Positions 40,660 through 53,479 of a DNA stretch of 64,000 bases are shown piece by piece. A program made the translations under genes and the position numbers. How positions within the stretch are numbered: position 1 is the stretch's first letter; every line of letters begins with the position of its first letter. The notes below the pieces were generated by a model. The model was not told where the DNA came from, made no database searches, and worked only from the letters and a program-made list of their open reading frames with translations. This DNA is from Eledone cirrhosa. Taxonomy: Eukaryota. The stretch lies in NCBI GenBank assembly GCA_964016885.1, contig OZ024760.1, positions 2,480,001 through 2,544,000 on the forward strand. Reading direction: 5' to 3'.

Positions 40660-42190
40660 TGTCAGACTCTACACCAGGGTTTCCCAACCTGGGTGATACC
40701 ACGCACCAGTGGGCGGTTTCAAGTGATCCGGCAAGATCCCCAAGCGTGACCAGCCAAGCTCATGGATGTTATCTAAACATCTTGCTCTGGGTCTACCCCT
40801 GGGTCTCCTACTTGTTGGTTTTGCCCATAAAATCTGTCCAGTAGTTCTTTCCTGAGACATTCTAACCACATGTCTGTAATATTGGAACTATGATCTCTTA
40901 ATTGGGAGAAGTAGTGGCTCTACCTGGAGTGACTCTCTGATCTCCAAGTTACAAATCTGTCCACCAATTCTTTCCTGAGACATTCTAACCACATGCTCAT
41001 AGTATCAGAGCTGAGAGCTCTTAATTGGGAGAAGTAGTGGATCTACCTGGAGGGACTCTCTGATCTCCAAGCTACAAATCTGTCCACCAATTCTTTCCTG
41101 AGACATTCTAACCACATGCTCATAGTATCAGAGCTGAGAGCTCTTAATTGGGAGAAGTAGTGGATCTACCTGGAGGGACTCTCTGATCTCCAAGCTACAA
41201 ATCTGTCCACCAATTCTTTCCTGAGACATTCTAACCACATGCTCATAGTATCAGAGCTGAGAGCTCTTAATTGGGAGAAGTAGTGGATCTACCTGGAGGG
41301 ACTCTCTGATCTCCAAGCTACAAATCTGTCCACCAATTCTTTCCTGAGACATTCTAACCACATGCTCATAGTATCAGAGCTGAGATCTCTTAATTGGGAG
41401 AAGTAGCAGCTCTACCTGGAGTGACTCTCTGATCTCCAAGCTACAAATCTGTCCAGCAATTCTTTCCTGAGACATTCTAACCACATGCCCATAGTATCAG
41501 AGCTGAGATCTCTTAATTGGGAGAAGTAGCAGCTCTACCTGGAGTGACTCTCTGATCTCCAAGCTACAAATCTGTCCACCAATTCTTTCCTGAGACATTC
41601 TAACCACATGCCCATAGTATCGGAGCTGTGATCTCTCAATTTGGAGAAGTAGTGGATCTACCTGGAGTGACTCTCTGATCTCCAAGCTACAAATCTGTCC
41701 AGCAATTCTTTCCTGAGACATTCTAACCACATGCCCATAGTATCAGAGCTGAGATCTCTTAATTGGGAGAAGTAGCAGCTCTACCTGGAGTGACTCTCTG
41801 ATCTCCAAGCTACAAATCTGTCCACCAATTCTTTCCTGAGACATTCTAACCACATGTCCATAGTATCGGAGCTGTGATCTCTCAATTTGGAGAAATAGTG
41901 GATCTACCTGGAGTGACCCTCTGATCTCCAAGCTACAAATATGTCCACCAATTCTTTCCTGAGACATTCTAACCACCTGTCCATTATATCAGAGCTGTGA
42001 TCTCTCAATTCGGGGAAGTAGTGGCTCTACCTGGAGTGACTCTCTGATCTCTGAGATATCTCCAAGCTACACACTATCTAGTAACGTTACTCCAAAGACC
42101 CTTCAGAGGAACCCCATTTTGGTCACTTGTATCCACGATCATATTCTTTCAGTCATTTCCCAAGATTCATGACCATAGGTAAGGGTTTGC
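40660..42190 (-). mobile_element. RTE LINE fragment with an internal 123-bp tandem array (~10 copies, ~40830-42055)
   Basis: The repeat encodes LEIRESLQVDPLLLQIERSQLRYYGHVVRMSQER. The flanks continue the RTE C-terminus, with LTYGHESW upstream and RRPRGRPRARCLD downstream. Confidence 0.9.
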
Positions 42191-42415
42191 AAGAGAAATA
42201 CAAATTATTATGAAAAGGGTTAAAGCATTGTTATATATTTCAAAAAGCTACCAAACCTTGTTACTTGGTTACTATTAACACACACAGTGAGACAGCTATC
42301 TTACCAAAATGTCATTCCTGATATTAATATTGACTATCTTCACTAATCTCATAACATTTTACTGATGTGTGCTCTACTAATTAACACACATTTATTGAAT
42401 AGCAACTAAGATTTG

Positions 42416-42470
<55 letters not shown>

Positions 42471-42646
42471 TCACACACACACACATATATATACACATAC
42501 ACATACATATACACACACACACACATATATTACACACACACACATATATATATATATAATATATATATATATGTGTGTGTGTATATATATATACACTCAC
42601 ACACAAACACACACATATATATATATATATACAATATATATGTGTG

Positions 42647-42704
<58 letters not shown>

Positions 42705-42785
42705 CAATATATATGTGTGTACATATATATATACACACACACACATATATATATATATATACAATATATATGTGTATATATATAT

Positions 42786-42833
<48 letters not shown>

Positions 42834-42954
42834 ACTGCAGATAAAGATCTCATGTAGATGTAACATGTAGCATTGCTTATCTTCAGATAAAACAGTGGAA
42901 TGAAGACTGAACAACATAAATAGAAATACACATGACAATGATATATACAGAGAG

Positions 42955-43720
42955 GGGGAGGGGGTATAAAGAGAGAGTGGAGAGTGGTGAGAGTGAGAGT
43001 GGAGAGGAGTGAGTGGTGAGAGTGAGAGTGGAGAGGGGAGAGAGATGTAAAGAGAGAGTGGAGAGGAGAGAGTGGAGAGGGAAGAGAGATGTAAAGAGAG
43101 AGTGGAGAGGAGAGAGTGGAGAGGGAAGAGAGATGTAAAGAGAGAGTGGAGAGGAGAGAGTGGAGAGGGAAGAGAGATGTAAAGAGAGAGTGGAGAGGGA
43201 AGAGAGATGTAAAGAGAGAGTGGAGAGGGAAGAGAGATGTAAAGAGAGAGTGGAGAGGAGAGAGTGGAGAGGGAAGAGAGATGTAAAGAGAGAGTGGAGA
43301 GGGAAGAGAGATGTAAAGAGAGAGTGGAGAGGAGAGAGTGGAGAGGGAAGAGAGATGTAAAGAGAGAGTGAGAAGAGAGAGTGGAGAGGAGAGAGTGGTG
43401 AGAGTGAGTGAGAGTGAAAGGGAGAGAAAAATGGAGAGAGAGAGAGAGGTAGAGGGAGAGAGTGGGAGGGGAGAGAGATAGAACGAGAGAGAGAGGAGGA
43501 AAGAGAGAGAGAGATGGAGAAAGAGAGAGAAAGGAGGAAAGAGAGAGAAAGGAGGAAAGAGAGAGAGATGGAGAAAGAGAGGGAGAGAGAGAGAGAGAGA
43601 CAGAGAAGAGAGAGAGAGAGAGAGAGACAGAGAAGAGAGAGAGAGACAGATAGAATGAAAGAGATAGAGAGATAGAGAGAGATAGAGATAGAGAGAAAGA
43701 GAGATATAGAAAGAGGTGGT
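42955..43720. repeat. GA-rich minisatellite (GAGAGTGGAGAGGGAAGAGAGATGTAAA)n
   Basis: Direct inspection. Confidence 0.9.
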
Positions 43721-43950
43721 GGTGGGGAAAGTCGAAGTATAAATGAGGAACATTAAAAAAGCACCATTACCAAGTCTATAGACATTAATGTTAAATAACA
43801 GTAATGACATGACATTACTGTATAATGAACCATGTATGTATAATGTGTAGATCATTTATAATGTATAGAATGTACTTTAAACACAACTAGCTGTATATAT
43901 AAGTAGTTTGATGAAATACACCAAAACAGATGCTGCTTATGCATACATAA

Positions 43951-44176
43951 ACAAGATGTTACCAAAAAGTCCGCAGACTATTTACCTAAGTTTTAACATC
44001 ATCTCCTTCGAAATAGTCACCTTGTCCCAGCATTGCTGCCACTTTGGGAATCTAGCCTGGAAGTCGTTTTCCGTAAGTGAGTCGAGGACCTTCTACAATT
44101 CGCTCTGGATCTTGGCAACGGTGTTAAAACAGCAGCCTTTGAGCTGCCTTTTCAGCTTGGAGAAGAGATGGAAGTC
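43951..44176 (-). mobile_element. Mariner transposase C-terminal pseudogene fragment with terminal sequence
   Basis: The minus strand reads DFHLFSKLKRQLKGCCFNTVAKIQSEL*KVLDSLTENDFQARFPKWQQCWDK and then GDYFEGD after a frameshift, typical of mariner C-termini. Confidence 0.85.
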
Positions 44177-44177
44177 C

Positions 44178-44899
44178 GATAACTCATCCTAACATGTATG
44201 CATTCCAGTGCCATGGACGAGATAACTCGTCCTAATATGTTTGAACTCTTATCCAACAGTTTATATCTTCAAAGTTATGAACTCGTTTCCAACAGTTCAT
44301 AAGTTCAAAGCTATGAACTTGGTTCCAACAGTCATAGCTTCAAAGTTATGAATTCGTTTCCAACAGTCATAACTTCAAAGTTATGAACTCGTTTCCAACA
44401 GTTCATATCTTCAAAGTTATGAACTCGTTTCCAACAGTTCATATCTTCAAAGTTATGAACTTGTTTCCAACATTTCATATCTTCAAAGTTATGAACTTGT
44501 TTCCAACAGTCATAACTTCAAAGTTATGAACTCGTTTCCAACAGTTCATATCTTCAAAGTTATGAACTTGTTTCCAACAGTCATAACTTCAAAGTTATGA
44601 ACTTGTTTCCAACATTTCATAACTTCAAAGTTATGAACTTGTTTCCAACATTTCATATCTTCAAAGTTATGAACTCGTTTCCAACAGTTCATATCTTCAA
44701 AGTTATGAACTCTTTTCCAACAGTTCATAACTTAAAAGCTAGATGGGGTTACTAGTTTATTGATGTGACATTTGTCAATCATTCAGATGTGTGTTCTTAA
44801 TAAATGTTTGTTTAAAAAAATAGTTATTTTATTTTGGAAAAAAAAAGATGGAACAGCAACTGTAGGAGTGTAAAATATATGTGGCAGTCAACAGGTTAA
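44178..44899 (+). mobile_element. Second TTAA MITE family, with an internal 36-bp tandem expansion (~13 copies, 44255-44735)
   Basis: Ends in GGCAGTCAACAGG|TTAA. Homologues with few or no extra units and TTAA at both ends lie at 49849-50082 (+) and 54903-55180 (-). Confidence 0.8.
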
Positions 44900-45866
44900 G
44901 GACTTTGTTTCACAGTCACACGGTTTCAGGTTTAGTCACATAGTGTGGGCACTTGGAGCAAGATTCTTCTACTATATATACTACACCCTTGGCTTGACCA
45001 ATGTCTTGTGAGGGAAATTTGGTACACAGAGACTGTGTGGAAGCCCGTCATAAATACATATAGCCAAATTGATCCTGTAGTTACATCAAGGAAAATATAT
45101 CTTTCAGATGATCCCGCTTTGGATGAAAGCAGAAATTGTTTGCTTAAACTTTTAATCTGTACTAATAATAACTATTTGCTCTACAGGTTTATATATACTT
45201 ATATATATATCTATATATATATATATGATAATAATGGAGCTGCGCGTTGCAAATGGGATACATATGAAAAAGTAAGTCCTTCATCAGTGACCCTCCAACT
45301 GTCGCAGGCATTTCATCGCTTTAAGGGCCATATACCTCAGGTTGGTGTGAACAACGGCTAAAAAAAGTCGTTGGGACACGTAAATAAAGGATATAAATAA
45401 AGGTTTACATATACATAAATTTATATATGTTACAACCGGTCACTTTTTAGCTCTATGAAGAATTAATAAATTAAATACTCAGAGCAATATATTATTATAA
45501 ATCATGTCTACAGAATTATTAGATAAACAAAATATATACTCCATTTCCTCTGCCAAACAGCACTATCAACCATATAAAAAATCAATTATACTAAGCCATA
45601 AGGATAAAAGCTCCTATGAAGAAATCTCCGAATAATAATTCTGTAGACATGATTTATAATTATATATATATATATATATATATATCACTATCATTATCAT
45701 CACCGTTTACGTCCATTCTTCTACGCTACCATATATATATATATATATACAGTGCTTATTGAATCCACTTTAGATTTTGGTTTTTGTATTTATTATCACT
45801 ATATATATATATATAGTAAAAGAGTGAAGAATAACATGGTCGGCTGTACAAAAAGGGTTTTATTTA

Positions 45867-45981
45867 CAGTATTAACAATTGTTTCATTGATTAGATGAGT
45901 CTAAAGGCCGATAATCACTGGAAGTTGCGTGACTCGACCTTAAATACAGTGTGTGCCTCTGATCAAATCATCAGAATACTG
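45867..45981 (-). ncRNA. Intact type I hammerhead ribozyme with an 82-nt extended stem II
   Basis: Minus strand: CAGTATT CTGATGA [TTTGAT...ATCAAT] GAAA C AATT G TT AATACTG. It has a perfect 7-bp stem I, a palindromic AATT loop and a GTT triplet, and is flanked by (TA)n. Confidence 0.8.
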
Positions 45982-46125
45982 AATAATATTTATATATATA
46001 TATATATATAAGTTGAAAATAAAATGAAAACGAAATTTCATTTCTCACTCTTAGTATGGCACTTACTTAAATGTAAGTATGTATGTATACGAACATACAT
46101 ATATGTATACAGACGTACAGTAGCA

Positions 46126-46165
<40 letters not shown>

Positions 46166-46316
46166 CAGGTACACATACATATATGCACGTATCAGTTTAG
46201 CAGACGCTTATTATAACGCCGCTTTGTTCGTTTGTAAACAAACTGAACAGCCTGAATTTATGCCATACGGTGTTAAGGCAACCACGTCACCTTTTTGTTC
46301 AACACTGACACAGGAA

Positions 46317-46357
46317 CGATGTATTAGTTTCAAGCTTGTTAGCTCTCATCAGCACGG
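46317..46357 (-). ncRNA. Type I hammerhead motif, stem III slightly degenerate
   Basis: Minus strand: CCGTG CTGATGA GAGCT aaca AGCTT GAAA CTAA TA CATCG. Confidence 0.65.
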
Positions 46358-46437
46358 TATACCCATCTGCCAGATAGTTAAACGTTCGAAAGTATATACT
46401 TTCCTTATGTATATGTATGTACGTATACATACATACT

Positions 46438-46477
<40 letters not shown>

Positions 46478-47327
46478 TCAGTTGATGAAAATTGTTGATC
46501 AAGTAATCTGCAAAGAAGGCAAAGAAGAAGAAGAAGAAGGCAAAGAAGAAGAAGAAGAAGGCAAAGAAGAAGAAGAAGGCAAAGAAGAAGAAGGCGAAGA
46601 AGAAGAAGAAGAAGAAGAAGAAGAAGAAGAAGAAGAAGAAGAAGAAGAAGAAGAAAACCAAAGAAGAAACAAAAGACGAAGACGAAGACAGAAGAGGCCT
46701 CTTCTAGGCACAACAACGACAACAACAACAACAACAACAAGATGGCAGAAGAATCATAATCATAATTACAGTAATAAAGATATCAAAAAAGATATATAAA
46801 ATTTAAAAAAAATTTTTTTTTAAATAATAATAATGAAAAAAGAAAAAAAGTAAATTTCGAATTGTTAAGGAAGCTGTCAACGAGAATAATAAGAAAATAA
46901 TTTGTTATGATTGCCAATAAATGAAGAAGCTTTTGTAGAGCCAGCCACCCACGCAACACATACCTCTTCCTTCCTTTCACTATTATATATACTATCGTGT
47001 ATCTTTCCAAGCCACCTTCTCGCCCAACTAAACTGAAAAGTGATATGACAGTAAAAAGTATTTTGTATTTAAATATTTTTTTAATGTTTTGGGGGTTTAT
47101 TTTTTAATGTTTTTTTAATGTTTTTTTTTTGTTGTTGTTATTATAAGGAAGACATTTTTGAATAATGGAAGTGTTTTTTTAAAATAATGACCAAAGATAA
47201 AAGATAGCCAAAATCTTTGGCACATTGTCAAGAATTTATTCTGAAGAATTATTCATAAAATAAAAGTGATTAAATGTTATTGTATTGCTGTTATTTCATT
47301 ATGTATGCATGTATGTGTATATATGTA

Positions 47328-47384
<57 letters not shown>

Positions 47385-48924
47385 ATGGATGTATGTGTCT
47401 GCACAACACACAAAATGTATGTGTCAACACAACACACAAGAACAAGATGGTGTAGGACAGAACAAAGGAGAGACACAAAATAAAAACCTAGTCACTGAGG
47501 AGGTCACAGAATGTGTGACGAAAGAGCTTTAACAATATAAAAACAACCAACCATTTACTGAACCAACCAACAAACCGGAAATTTATAATAAATTGAAGAG
47601 AAAACCAACAGACATGTGTTTTTTATTGGCAGCATAACCCTCTTAAAGTATAACAATATCTCTATATATATATAAATATAGAAAAAAGGGGAAATTGGAA
47701 ATAGCACAGAAAATATATTTAAGGCTCTGTTTTTCTTTTTTTTTTCTTTCTTTGATTCGTCAAAGTGACATTATTGAAAATATGAGAGGAACAATTCTTT
47801 TAAAATAGAGTTTAATAAGTGTTTCTACTTTTTGGCACAAGGCCAGCAATTACCCAGTGCATTACTGGTACTTTATTTTATCGACCCCGTGAGGATGAAA
47901 GGCAAAGTCAACCTCGGCGGGATTTGAACTCAGATCATAAAGGGACATAACTATGCTGGAAAGCATGGCGTCCGACCATCTACCGATACTGCCAATCCAC
48001 CGCCCTATAAAATAGAGTTTAATAATGTATATAAAGTATAACTGGTTTCGATGTATTAGTAAAATTCATCTTATCGAATGTTGAGTATTACAATTAAAAA
48101 GAATTAATAAGAATTAAAAACTAAAAATTAAAGATTTAAAATTAAGTGTTGAGGTAAGTTTTTTTTATCTTCCTTGTTGAGAAGGAGAGGTGTACCAGTT
48201 ATTGTTTTCAGTTACTCTAGTTCAAAAGTTAGAGTAACTCTTATTGAGGACTGTCTCAGCATATAGGCACAAGGCCAGCAATTTTGGGTTCAAAGCTATT
48301 TTGGGTTCAACCCCAGTACATTACTGGTGCTTTATTTTATCGACCTTGTAAGGATGAAAGGCAAACCTAACCCCAGCAGGATTTGAACTCAGAATCTAAA
48401 GGGCCGTAACTCTATGTTGCAAAGCATGGTGTCTGACGCTCTACCGATTCTGCCAATTCACCGCCCTGAGTACTACAACAACAATAATAACAATAAAATA
48501 GAGAACAACAACTAAAACTACAAAATCAACCGAGAGAAACTGGTGAAATTGCAGAACACTGATTTCAAATCTTGACAACATTACCTGCAGTTTTTACCGA
48601 AATGGAATTATAATTAACTGTAATTGACCAATCTTTAGTTATTAAACATTTCCAAGCTTTATCATCACCTTTCTCTTTCACCACACTAATTTCCAACCAT
48701 CAGCTACCATTTCCATTCTTATACAAACACCTCGATCAATGGAATGGTGAAACAAAGCGACAGCATAGTCGCAGAAAATGGCTATTAGAGAAATAATTGC
48801 CTCATTACTGTTAACTTGGTCAGAACTAGGTAGAAGTTGATGTGTCCCATTTATTCGCAGGAATGGTTGTTTGGTAATGATATATATGTATCTATAGAAA
48901 GGAAATTTTTCAACTGAAGTTCTC

Positions 48925-50290
48925 TGTTTAATATCACATTTAATGATACATGTTATATAGAGTTGGTATGTTGCTTTGGGTTTTTGTGTTTGTTCAGCAA
49001 GACCAGACAGTTGTCATTCCAAGTGGCGACAGATGCTACTTTCCTGCATTGAGAGATCACAGCTATACCATTGACATATCACATTTAATGATACATGTTA
49101 TATTGAGTTGGTATGTTGCTTTGGGTTTTTGTGTTTGTTCAGCAAGACCAGACAGTTGTCATTCCAAGTGGCGACAGATGCTACTTCTCTGCATTGAGAG
49201 ATCATAGCTATACCATTGACATATCACAGTTAATGATATATCTTATATAGTGTTGGTATGTTGCTTTGGGTTTTTGTGTTTGTTCTACAAGATCAGACAG
49301 TTGTCATTCCAATGGAGACAGATGCTACTTCTCTGCATTGAGAGATCATAGCTATGATACCATTGACATGGATATATCACAGTTAAAGATATCTTATATA
49401 GAGTTGGTGTGGTTCTTTATGTTTTGTATTTGTTCAGCAAGACCAGACAGTCATTCGAGGTGGAGACAGTTGTTACTTCTCTGCATTGAGAGATCACAGC
49501 TATGATATCATTGACATATCACAGCTATGATATCATTGATATATCTTGTATAGAGTTGGTGTGGTGTTTTGGGTTTCTGTGTTTGTTCTGCAATCCAGAC
49601 AGTCATTTCAGATGGAGACAGATGCTACTTTCCTGCATTGACATATCACAGCTATGATATCATTGACATATCACAGCTATGATATCATTGACATGTTGTT
49701 AAAATATCTAAGGAAAGAAACACAGAACTGATTTTGAGTAACTGGGAGATCAGATTGTCCCTCTAGGCAGAGCTGCTACTTCTCTGACAGATTTTGTGTA
49801 ACACTGAGAGATCACATCTCTGATGTTACGGGCATGTGATTAAGATGTTTAACCTCTTCAGTGCCATATACGAGATAACTCATTCTAACATGTTTGGACT
49901 CCTTTCCAACAGTTGACAACTTCAATTATGAATTCGTTTCCAACAGTTCATAACTTCAAAGGTAGATGGGGTTACTAGTTTATTGATGTGACGTTTGTCA
50001 ATCAAAGTAGTCATTTTACTGAAAAAAAACCTGGGGCAGCAATTGTAGCTGTGTAGAATATATGTGGCAGTCAACAGGTTAAGGAAGGAAACAGAGAACA
50101 TATTTTGTGTAGCTCAGATATCAGGGAATCACTCTAGATAGAGCTGCTACTTCTCCACACTGGGAGATCACAGCTCCTAGAATACAGGAAAGTGATTTGA
50201 ATGTCTAAGAAAATAATCGCAGAATAGATTTTGTGTAGCTAGGATCTGGAAATCACTTCAGATAAAAAGAGATGCTACTTCTCTGCATAT
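48925..50290 (+). repeat. Diverged ~145-bp tandem repeat, partly RTE-derived
   Basis: Units start at 48931, 49076, 49221 and ~49373. The motif TGCTACTTCTC...GAGAGATCACAGCT is shared with the reverse complement of the 123-bp array. Confidence 0.75.
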
Positions 50291-50295
50291 ATATA

Positions 50296-50592
50296 TAGGG
50301 TGGGTAGAATTCCTGAGATCCACGGATGAGTTCTCTCCAGCAGTCTCTGTCCCTCATCACCGCTGCCATGTCCTGCATATCCAAGAGACCTACGTCTGTC
50401 GTTAGGACATCAACATATGTCAACCTTGGTCTCCCTCTTCTAGTGTGTCTGTGCAGGGGCTCCCACAGGAGCACTGAGTGCAGTGTCAACTCTGAATGTC
50501 GGTGAGCATGTCCAGCTAACCTCAGTCTCCTCTGTGTTACTTTCGAGCTGACTTTTGGGAGGCTCCCGTACAGCTCTCAGTTCTTCATCCTC
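50296..50592 (-). mobile_element. RTE-group LINE 3' fragment (third family)
   Basis: LYGSLPKVSSKVTQRRLRLAGHAHRH...LLWEP...RRGRPRLTYVD...DRDCWR, flanked by TA runs. Confidence 0.85.
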
Positions 50593-50943
50593 AGTGTATA
50601 TATATATTTTATTTCATTTCATTTCATTTTACATCCGCTTTTTCCCTGCTTGCAAGGGTGGGATGGGAACTGATTTTCTGGCTTGATTTCTACAGCTGGA
50701 TGCCCTTCCTAACACCAACCTCATTTACAGTGAGTGCTGGGTGCTTTTTTGCCGTGGCACCTCCACAACCACTTTGCAGTGGAATGATAGGGACCCTATC
50801 ATCTCATTTCTACAGCTGAGTAAACTGGAGCAATGTGAAATAAAGTGTCTTGCTCAAGGAAACAACACATCACCCGGTCTGAGAATTGAACTCACAACCT
50901 TTCGATTGCAAGGCCAATGCTCTAACCACTAAGCCATGTGCCT

Positions 50944-50999
<56 letters not shown>

Positions 51000-51243
51000 T
51001 ATATAATGTTGAAAATATGAAAAGGAAAGATAACAGGAAAAATTAAGTAATGAGGAAAACAGGAAAGAGTAAAGCTGTATGGGAAAGTAGAGAAGAGGAC
51101 CATAAATGCTATAAATGAAAAGAAAGGGAGTGAAAAAGCCAGGACTCTAGGGCCACAGAAGAAATGAAGGAGAAAGGAGAGAGGTTAATGGGCTCTGGGT
51201 CTATTGAATTATTTTTGAAAAAGCAATGAAATGTATCCGATTA

Positions 51244-51607
51244 TCTATATATTACTAAAAGTCTGTGAATGCTTGCTTACTTGTCTGTAATTTAATACAG
51301 CCAAAAGGGCGCATAATGGGAAAATACTTTGAAAGGAAGTTGACCCTGAAATGGGAATACAAATGGAGTAAAACAAGTTTTGAGTAAATCGAAGCACAGG
51401 TTCCTGAGATATGGGTTTTTTTGGGTACCTTCATAAACAGAGAGAGAGAGAGAGAGGGAGAGAGAAAGAGAGAGAGAGAGAGAGAGGGGGAGAGAGAGAG
51501 GGAGAGAGAGAGAGGGAGAGAGAGAGAGAGAGAGGGAGAAAGAGAGAGTGATTGTGAGAGTATAGATTGAAAGAGAGACATAGAGAGAGGAAGAGGTCAC
51601 AGAGAAG

Positions 51608-51638
<31 letters not shown>

Positions 51639-52248
51639 CTGGTGGTGTTGTTGTGTATATATAGATGTGTGTATATGTATGTGTGTGTGTGTCTATAACC
51701 AGTGTATATAGATCACAGGCACCCACATATATATATATACACACATACATATATATGTATGTATACCCACACATATATATATGGGCCTTCCAGTTTCATT
51801 TCACATTATATACATGTCTGTGTATATTTTAATTATTTAAAAATTATTTTTAAGTGAACATGATTTTTAAAAAATATCTTGAAGTAAACGTAACCCAACG
51901 GGTCATGGATGGTCTAGTATGCTACTAAAACTCTGTGATTGTGTGCTTGTCTGTAATTTAATACAGCCAAAACGGTGCATAATGGGAAAATACTTTAAAA
52001 GAGAAGTTGCCCCTGAGATTGGAATACACATGGAATAAAACAAGTTTCACGTAAATCGGAGCATGGGTTCCAGAGATACAGGGTTTTTCTGGACACCTTC
52101 ATAAATAGAGAAAGAGAAAGATAGAGTGCTTGTGAGAGAGTAGATTGTAAATTTCATTTTACATTATATAAAAATTATTTTTAAGTGAACATGATTTTAA
52201 AAAAATATTTTGAAGTAAACATGACCCAGTGGGTCACAGGTGGTCTAG
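51244..52248 (+). mobile_element. Non-autonomous Helitron, head-to-tail dimer (51244-51917, 51918-52248)
   Basis: The 5' end is A|TCTATATATTACTAAAA. Each unit ends with a hairpin (TGACCCAGTGGGTCA in unit 2) 8 nt before CTAG|T. There is no TSD, and microsatellites lie inside unit 1. Confidence 0.8.
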
Positions 52249-52889
52249 TATTATATTATATATGAATACGGCGGTGGATTGGCAGTATCGGTGGAGGGTC
52301 GGACGCCATGCTTTCCAGCATAGTTACGTCCCTTTACGATCTGAGTTCAAATCCCGTCGAGGTTGACTTTGCCTTTCATCCTTACGGGGTCGATAAAATA
52401 AAGTACCAGTAATGCACTGGGATAATTTCTGGCCTTGTGCCAAAAGTAGAAACAATTATTTACTATACTATAATATAATTGTTTCTACTTTAGGCACAAG
52501 GCCATCAATTACCCAGTGCATTACTGGGACTTTATTTTATCGACCCCTTTCATCCTTATGGATGAAAGGCAAAGTTAACCTTGGATTATAGGGTCGGACG
52601 TCATGCTTTGACGCATAGAGTTATGGCCCTTTCCATTCTGAGTTCAAATCCCGTCGAGGTTAACTTTGCCTTTCATCCTTACGGGGTCGATAAAATAAAG
52701 TACCAGTAATGTACTGGGTAATTGCTGGCCTTGTGCCAAAAGTGGAAACATTTATATTATAAATGAATACAATTTTTAAAAATTCAAAATTTTTTATGGT
52801 GTACCCAACATTTTCTGCCATTGTAGTGCTGATTCCAGGACATCTATGGAGATCAGTACAGCTGTAGATGTTATCTCTCCTACCTAAAC

Positions 52890-53215
52890 ATACAATAATG
52901 ATAATGATGATGGTAGTGGTGGTGATGGTGGTGGTGGCGATATTGGTGATGGCAGTGGTGGTGGTGAGGATAGTGGTGGTGACAATGATGGTGATAGTGG
53001 TGGTGATGATGATGGTAGTGATGGTGGTGGTGATGGTAGTGGTGGTGGCGATAGTGGTGGTGGTGGTGGTGGTGATGGTAGTGGTGGTGGTGGTGATGGT
53101 GGCGATATTGGTGATGGTAGTGGTGGTGGTGAGGATAGTGGTGGTGACAATGATGGTGATAGTGATGGTGATGGTGATGATAATGGTGGTGATGGTGATG
53201 GTAGTGATGGTGATG
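52890..53215. repeat. (GGT/GAT)n low-complexity tract
   Basis: Direct inspection. Confidence 0.9.
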
Positions 53216-53479
53216 AAAAGAAGAAGAAGAAGAAATAGAAAAAGAAGATGAAAAGGGAGAAGAAGAAGAAAAAGAAAACGAGGAGGAGGAGAAAAAAGAA
53301 AAATATCGATTTTTATTTTATCCCTCACAAAAAAAGACATCTTCTTTACATTAAATTGTTCAAACTACGAATCTAGCTGATTTATTTATTTGTTAATGTG
53401 AATTTTTAAAAACATTATTTCACTAGAAGTAGTTTGTCTAGATAAGACAGAGGTCAGCTCTCTTGAGAGGAAATGAAAT

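Noticed and set aside
45228-45300. CTGATGA on the minus strand (and the related hairpin at 17552-17603)
   Set aside because: There is no correctly placed GAAA or stem III, so it was not counted as a hammerhead.
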